Shown here piece after piece: positions 57,448 through 64,000 of a stretch of DNA of 64,000 nt; position 1 is the stretch's first letter, and each line of letters opens with the position of its first letter. The notes beneath the pieces are model-generated. The model saw only the letters and a program-made list of their open reading frames with translations. It was not told the DNA's origin and did no database searches. Source of the DNA: Paraspadella gotoi (lineage: Eukaryota; Animalia; Chaetognatha); assembly GCA_051294375.1 (NCBI GenBank), contig CM119271.1, positions 10,667,376 through 10,731,375 of the forward strand, written 5' to 3'. The translations under genes were made by a program, and so were the position numbers.

Positions 57448-59481
57448 ATGGGCTGCTTCAGTTCGGCCAAGGAACACTTTTACCGAATCCGCCTCTTGGA
57501 CGACACGGAGCTGTCGGTGTCGACGAGCTCCTCCTCCAAAGGCGCTCATCTCCTCGACCAAATCTTCCGTCATCTGAATCTCGTGGAGATGGAATTCTTC
57601 GGCCTTCGCTTCTTCGATCAGGAGACGTCGTCGACGGCCTGGTTGGATGAAGAGAAGACCCTGGGCTCTCAAGTCAAGTCGCCCGAGTGGAGCCTCTTCT
57701 TCGCCGTCCGTTTCTACGCCGTCGACCCGGACAAGTTGGCGGAGGAAGTGACGCGCTATCAGTTCTTCCTCCAGCTTCGCCGCGACCTCCGCTCCGGAGC
57801 GCTGCCCGTCCAGCGGGATCTCGCCGTCCAGCTGGGTTCTCTCGCGCTGCAAGCTGAGACTGGCGACTTCGATCCTCGTCGCGGCGCGCCATCCTCGCGC
57901 GTCGTAGTGCCCGGAGAGACGGAACGCGTGCGGGCGGCGATGACCAACTTGCACGCGACGTTGTCCGGGATCGCGCCCGGCGTCGCGGAGAAGCGATTCC
58001 TCCACAAAGTCAAGTGGGCCGAACTCTACGGGACCGAGAGTCATCGCGTGACGGGCGATGGCGGCGTCGCCTACATCCTCGGACTTTCGCCCACGGGCAT
58101 CGCCGTTACCAGAAACGAGACGCGCGTCGGAAACTACCCCTGGCCGCGAATCCTGAAACTCGCCGTCAAGAAGGATCGTTTCGAGCTCTGCGTCCGAGAG
58201 GGAACTTCGTCTAGCGGGGTCGTAGCTTTCAGGGTTTCGTCCAAACCCGCCGCCAAGCACTTGTGGCGAAACGCGCAAGCGCAGAAACGGTTCTTCACGA
58301 CGGCCCGAGTGGAAAATCCCATGGTGGCGCAGAGACGTTCACAGGGGACATCGTCGGCACCGGAGAGACGAACGACGCCGGCCGTTTCTCCGAAATCGGC
58401 GCCGCCTCCGCCCGACTCACGCCTTTCCCCGCTCGGCGACGAATCCCCGCCCGTTGGACCAGAGCGGATCCTCGCGCCGCCGCCGACGGCGATCGTCGAT
58501 GGAAAACCGTCCAAAGAGGAGCCGAATGGAGAAGGCGGTGCAGCGTCGCCGCTGGTGGGCGTAGCGGAGTCGGTCGTCCCGACCGGCGGCCTCTACACGA
58601 CCAAAGGCGACTCTCCTCTGTCCGTTCGATCATCCGCCTCTTCACGCGCCGCCCGTCGCCGACCTCAATCGGACAGCGACTACAGCGCCAAGGGCGCCGC
58701 CCATCGAAGCCGTCGTGCCGCTCGCCCTGAAGGCGGCGACGGCGTCGACGAAGGCGGCGGCGGTCGGAGGAGGAGATCGCGAAAAAAGTCGGACACGAGT
58801 CGAGGATCTCGAGGAGACGGCGAGGGAGTCGACGAGGGCGTGGAGGGATCGAAGGAAGGCCGGAGGCGGAGACGTCGCCGAGAAGAGGACGTCTTCGTCG
58901 ATTCGTCCACTCAATGGGCCGCCGTTCAAAACCGCAGAAACGCTAATAATAACAACGACGAAGACGATGACGACGGATACTTGGCGGAGACTCAACTCCT
59001 AAAGACGACGCCGAAGCATCAGAGGAAGCAGCGCTCGCGCAGCAAATCGCCCAAATCCTCCAAGGCGTTGCCTCCGGAGATCCTGACGCACATCCAGCGC
59101 GACCTCGTCGATCCCCGGGGATTCTCCGACGAGCAACTCCACGACATTCCTTTCACCAACGTGGAGACTCATCAAAGACCGAGAAAAATCTCCCCGCATC
59201 GATCCGTCAAACTCCAGCGCCCCTCGCGGCCGGAAAGCGACTCGATGCAGGTGGCGCAGTTTCGTCTCGACTCGGCCGGCGACGCTCGCGTAGCCGCCGC
59301 CACTCGGGCCATGCCCTCCGAGAGACCCGAGATGGCGCCGCCCCTTCGCGGCGGAATCGGCACCGTGCCCACCGCCGGTGGTGGCGCCATTTATTTTCCC
59401 AACGGAATTCCCTCTGGTTACTTCAGCGACTCCACGACAGTCAACGTTTGGGCAGACGACGAGATGGACTTGGACCATTGA
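57448..59481 (+). CDS. EPB41L4A: Band 4.1-like FERM protein 4A; intronless, 677 aa
   Basis: MGCF N-terminus, FERM domain (HLNLVEMEFFGLRF, FAVRFYAVDPDKLAEEVTRYQFFLQL), and C-terminal HIQRDLVDPRGFSDEQLHDIPFTNVET resembling the EPB41L4A motif. Confidence 0.85.
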   Translation: MGCFSSAKEHFYRIRLLDDTELSVSTSSSSKGAHLLDQIFRHLNLVEMEFFGLRFFDQETSSTAWLDEEKTLGSQVKSPEWSLFFAVRFYAVDPDKLAEEVTRYQFFLQLRRDLRSGALPVQRDLAVQLGSLALQAETGDFDPRRGAPSSRVVVPGETERVRAAMTNLHATLSGIAPGVAEKRFLHKVKWAELYGTESHRVTGDGGVAYILGLSPTGIAVTRNETRVGNYPWPRILKLAVKKDRFELCVREGTSSSGVVAFRVSSKPAAKHLWRNAQAQKRFFTTARVENPMVAQRRSQGTSSAPERRTTPAVSPKSAPPPPDSRLSPLGDESPPVGPERILAPPPTAIVDGKPSKEEPNGEGGAASPLVGVAESVVPTGGLYTTKGDSPLSVRSSASSRAARRRPQSDSDYSAKGAAHRSRRAARPEGGDGVDEGGGGRRRRSRKKSDTSRGSRGDGEGVDEGVEGSKEGRRRRRRREEDVFVDSSTQWAAVQNRRNANNNNDEDDDDGYLAETQLLKTTPKHQRKQRSRSKSPKSSKALPPEILTHIQRDLVDPRGFSDEQLHDIPFTNVETHQRPRKISPHRSVKLQRPSRPESDSMQVAQFRLDSAGDARVAAATRAMPSERPEMAPPLRGGIGTVPTAGGGAIYFPNGIPSGYFSDSTTVNVWADDEMDLDH

Positions 59482-60405
59482 CTTTTTGACCATTTGACTT
59501 ACTGACCCCTTTTTTAAACGCTTGGCCATTTTTTTCGGGCTTTTATTTGTTTTGGGTCAGATTTTGTTCCAAATCTGTTTGTACCTCTAGTCAATCAGAC
59601 GAATTTAGATATTAACTTGCGTCTTGAAAGTTATACTAATTCTTGGTAAAAAAATGATCTTTTTAATCAGTGCCTTTGGATTTTTCCTCCGTAGTTACGC
59701 TCTTTCGCTTATCTGACAGCTTCGCTTATTACGATTCCGTTGTAGCAGATTACGAAATCTTTACAACGAATCATTGCCAGACCTAATAGCGATTGTTTTT
59801 CGCCTGGGGGAGAAGGGGAATTAAATGTGCTTCATATTCCATATTAAAGCCATTGTGTTCTAAGAATTTCCGATTTACAAGATTATACGCACAATATTAT
59901 ACAATTCTTTGGAACTATTTGATTCAGGGAAAATCTTGCGTTTTTATTTTTCAAAATTATTTCTTATCTGTCGTAATGCGTATGAAGTAATTGTTATAAT
60001 TACTTCAAATCAACTCTTTGCGCATAAGTTCTTGTCAAAGCGTCATTGTTATCGTTTTCTTCTATATTTTACAGGGAAAAAAAATTAGTTTTCTCCACTT
60101 TTTTGGTGATTTGATCGTTGGCTCCATTGTTATATCTGCTTTGTTAATTTTAGATTTAATATACGATTACTGATTACTTATATTTTTTTCCGAGTTGATA
60201 TAATCGTTTTGTTAATCGCATTTTGGATTTTCTAGCTCGTTGATCTCTCGAGACACTAATTGGTTTATTCCAAATGAAAAAATGTTCGATCCGAAGATAA
60301 ACGATTCTCGACGATAACCGCGATCTCAAAAAAAAAAGAAAAAAAAAGAGATATTGTCTCTGTCTCCCTCGTCTCCGTCTCTTGTCTTTTTCTCCCCACC
60401 CGACG

Positions 60406-63400
60406 ATGACCAGAGAGTTTCTCTCGTCGTCGTCGTCCTTGGTTCTCCTTCTTCTCAAACTTCTCCTCCGCGTCGAGGCCAATCACTTGGAGCAGTTCTT
60501 CACGATTCCCGAAGGCTCCGCCGCGCGGCTCGAGTGCTACAGGTACTCCCGTTTCCGGGTTTGTTGGGTCGTTGGCATCTCGGAAGAGAAGTTGGGGATC
60601 GTTTTTTTTTGTTGTAGATTATTCGTAATATTTCATCAACTTTACCATTTCCACCGAAGCTCCAAACCCAACGTGGTCTGGAAGAAAGCCTACGCGTCTC
60701 GCACGCAATCGGAGACGCTGTCCCGCAATGGCGTCCGCGCGGCGCCGGGCTACGACCGCGTTCTCTTCGAGCGCGAGCGGATCGAGACGGACGGCGTCGG
60801 GATGCGCGGCGTCAACGGCGCCCCGCCCGGCAACGCCCGATACAAATACGTGATGAAGCTTAAGTCCGTCGGGCTTGAGGACAGCGGTCTCTACACGTGC
60901 GACAACGTCTACAGGTTTACATCGTGTTATGTATTGTATTGTAATATATTGTAATGCAATGTTTCTCATTAATGATTTTCCAACAGGAATGATATATTCA
61001 TTTTCCAAGATGGTATAAGCTTTAAAAATATCCGCGAGCGATTGAACGCTGAAAAGCGTCTTTGTTTCCTCTCTTTTCTTCCATTCATTTATTTCAAATT
61101 CCCCCCTCCAGTTACTTCGTCTCCATCGTGACGGAGCCTTCCTGCCAGCCCATCATCGCCCTCATGAACGGCCCCCTGGTGGAGGGCGAAGTGACGCGGT
61201 TCGAGTGCGTCGCCGAAGTCAGCAGCGCCAGCCGCATCGATCCCCGGATGCGGTTCGGCGGCGACACCCTCACCGACGCCATCTCCATGGGCACCAAGTC
61301 CTCCAACGTCTACTTATCTTGGGTCATCGGGGACAAAACGTTGAAGACGAGTCAGGTGAGGAAATGGGGGAATTTTTTTTTTTTATTAGGATTGGGGGTT
61401 TGACAAAAAGGTAAGTTTGGCTTGGAGAGACGAATAGATCTGATTGGGGTTTGACAAAAAGGTAAGTTTGGCTTGGAGAGACGAATAGATCTGATTGGGG
61501 TTTGACAAAAAGGTAAGTTTGGCTTGGAGAGACGAATGGATCTGACCTCGCTCTTTGTTTTCCACCGACAAGGCCGACGACATGACCGAAATCAACGGCG
61601 GAGTGACCTCGAAGAAGCTCAGCCTAAGCCTGGCTTACGTGGCCGACGGAGACGACCATGCCAAGGCGCTCAAGTGCGTCCTCCACTCTGACGCCTGGAA
61701 GCGGAACAAGGCTTGGGAGTCGGGAGAAGGAGTGGGGGTGATGGCGCCCACCTGTCGGGTCGGGGTCCTCAACGTCGCCTTCGGACCCAAACTCGACTGC
61801 AACAAGACTCAGGTTTGGTTGACAAATGGGTTGTAGAGATTTAATTATCTAGAGGGAGGCTTCAGCTTGTGAATGATCGCTCTTTCAACGAAAACGTCCG
61901 TATTTTATACCTTCAAATATATTGAATTGTTCTCTCCTTTTCCTCCTCTTTTCTTCCTTTTTCTTTTTCCTATACTCTTCTTTTCTTTCCTCTTCTTTTA
62001 TTTCCCTTTGCTCCGCATTTCACTTTCTTTCCTCCTCATTTCCTTTCCCCTCTTCTCTCCCTTCATTTTCCCCTATTCCCCCACCCCCGCCAAAAAAAAA
62101 AGATTTTCCTCGACGGATCCCCCGCCTACAACCTGGCCTGCGACGTCCGCGCCAACCCTCTCCCTCCAACGGAGTCGGTCAAGTGGCGCGTGCTCGGCGT
62201 CGGGCTGGATCACCCCTTCCCCGGCCAAATCACCCACAAGAGAGACTTTAGGATGAAGGCCGTCGTCGACGTTAAGCCTTTGATGCAGAGCCTCTTCAGG
62301 ACCTCGCAATCTTTCAGCCTCACCGTCAACAGCTCCTTGAGAATATCTACGCAAAAGGCGAGTACAAAGAGTCGAGATGTTTCGATGATTGTGACTGTGA
62401 GTGTGATCGGTGATTTAGTGAAACCTGTTTCATACGTTGGCAATAGGGCTTGTATGCCTAGCTTCGTTAGCCCTTTCGCCATCAATGAAACGGGTCCTGG
62501 CCACGCTCTGATGGATAGCGGATAGCCTTCCGAAGGGTAGTTACCGGGTTGGGATTGAACGCCAGCTGGCTTCACTCAATGAGCCTCAGTCACAACAGAA
62601 GGAACGATGTCTTTAGGCGGAATGAACCTGATGAATGGGCAATGCCCCAGTTGCCCACTATACAGTGACTGAGTGACTTAAAAATTTCTTTCTCTCACGT
62701 ATTCAACCAGACGATCGAAGCGCGAGTGAAGAAAAGCGTGGGCGTGGTGTGCAGCAGCCGGAAGCGAATCACCACGCCCCTTACCTATTTGGTGATGTGC
62801 GTCGTCAACGCGGGAACGCGACTCACCCGGAATCACGTCAGGTGGAAATACGAAGGTGAGGTCTATTGGATTTTATTGACTTAGTAGTTATGTTTCATAT
62901 CTAATACATTTACGCATATATTTTTGTATTTCAGATCGTAGCGACATTCCCGACTCGAAGGTGGAGTATTACTCGTCTCCGCCCGCGTCTGGTGCCATTT
63001 TAAACGTGAGCGAAGCGGAGGGGAGCGTCTTCTTCATCCTCATGGGGGTCGGCCCGCTTCGAGATCTTCGACAGGTTGGTCCAGTTTTTTCGTAGTAACT
63101 TATGATCTTGCATATTTTAGAATTCCACGAATAATTTGATACTGGTATAATATGCAATTGTAATAACGACGAGTTCCTTTACTTTTATTTCGGTCATATT
63201 TTGTCGATCCCAAGAAGGTTTTAAAATAAATGATAATAACGATTCGAAAGTTTTAAAGAAACTCCAATCCTCCCAACCCCTTGCCCCCCCCTCCCCCCCC
63301 CCCAACAATCCCGCCCCAGGAGTTCAAGATCGAAGTCCCTGCAGTCCGCGACGGACTCTTCTCCTCTTGGGCGAGCCTCGCCGCGGAGACGGTCTACTTC

Positions 63401-63592
63401 GTGGCGACGAACGCGTGGGTGCTCGCCATCGTGGGCGGCGCCGTCGCCTTCGTCCTTCTCGTCTGTTGCTTCTGCGCTTCGCTCTTCCACGCGGGACTCT
63501 TGGAGCCGAAACCGGAGGACGACGACGAGGAGGACGAAGTCCGGGTCGACGTCGATCAAGTCGATAGCAAGTTTTATTATTACGAAGCTTAG
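60406..63592 (+). CDS. Immunoglobulin-superfamily type I membrane protein; multi-exon; 3' end uncertain
   Basis: Signal peptide, EGSAARLEC..VVWKK..LEDSGLYTC (Ig V/I-set), EGEVTRFEC..DDHAKALKC, CDVRANP, and TM segment WVLAIVGGAVAFVLLVCCFCASLF. Confidence 0.78.
61393..61546 (+). repeat. ~51-bp tandem repeat x 3 in an Ig-gene intron
   Basis: Unit TTGGGGTTTGACAAAAAGGTAAGTTTGGCTTGGAGAGACGAATAGATCTGA. Confidence 0.93.
62418..62680 (+). other. Highly structured ~260-nt intronic element (probable SINE or retroelement UTR remnant)
   Basis: Stems ACCTGTTTCAT/ATGAAACGGGT, TGGC/GCCA, AGGGCT/AGCCCT, CCTGG/CCGGG, CTCAGTCAC/GTGACTGAG and TGGGCAA/TTGCCCA. Confidence 0.5.
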
Positions 63593-64000
63593 AGGAGAGA
63601 GGGGGGGGACATTTTTTTTTCTTATTTTCTCTTTGTGTGTGTGTGGAGTGGGGAGAGGGGGGGTAGGTGTTGGGGGAGGGGAGGTTGGGAAGGTTGGGAA
63701 CTCTCGCGCGTGGGGGTTCCTGTTGAGGCAAGGGGCGACGAGGAGTTTGGGGTAAGGGAATTCTGAAGACGGGGTTGTTTTTGTAATTGAACGAGACGAA
63801 GCGATTTGCGAATCGGGATCGATGTCCAAGTTTGGCAATTTTTTTGGAACCATTTTTAAAATGTTACATTATATGAAAAGTCTGCAAAAATAAGCCTTGC
63901 TCCTTTCCAAAACGAATAGCGTTGCTGTTTCGATATGAAAAGGCTTCGATCCTGATTCCCATTTTTTTTGTTATTAGGTAAAGCCCACATCCTTATACTG

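Noticed and set aside
62418-62660. Complete type II hammerhead (GAAA-stem-GUC ... CTGATGA at ~62628)
   Set aside because: The bases after GUC do not pair with those before CTGATGA, so stem I cannot form.

Overview
Eukaryotic (invertebrate animal-like) genomic DNA with GC- and CpG-rich exons and short AT-rich introns. I can reconstruct 19 protein-coding genes, all on the + strand: a SPOP-like MATH-BTB gene (5' partial), RNF111/Arkadia-like, ANKS3, a B3GAT-type glucuronyltransferase, an orphan gene, TCP11L, PIGC, ERCC3/XPB, TADA1, PSMC4, RNF5/185, CENPX, NXF1, hexokinase, CEP120, an LRR protein, an acyl-CoA dehydrogenase, EPB41L4A and an Ig-domain membrane protein. Many are separated by only about 130-430 bp, which suggests operon-like polycistronic transcription with trans-splicing. 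Splice signals are unusually relaxed, with many AAG/GAG acceptors and GT-pyrimidine donors. The non-coding DNA holds several structured RNA elements. The most notable is a compact tRNA-like + twister-ribozyme unit in an NXF1 intron. There are also Penelope-type minimal hammerhead ribozymes (one inverted pair and one solo copy), an unclassified ~185-nt multi-stem RNA upstream of RNF111, and palindromes and minisatellites. Gene names come from recognising motifs in the translations, with no database search. Exon boundaries and RNA pairings were worked out by eye.
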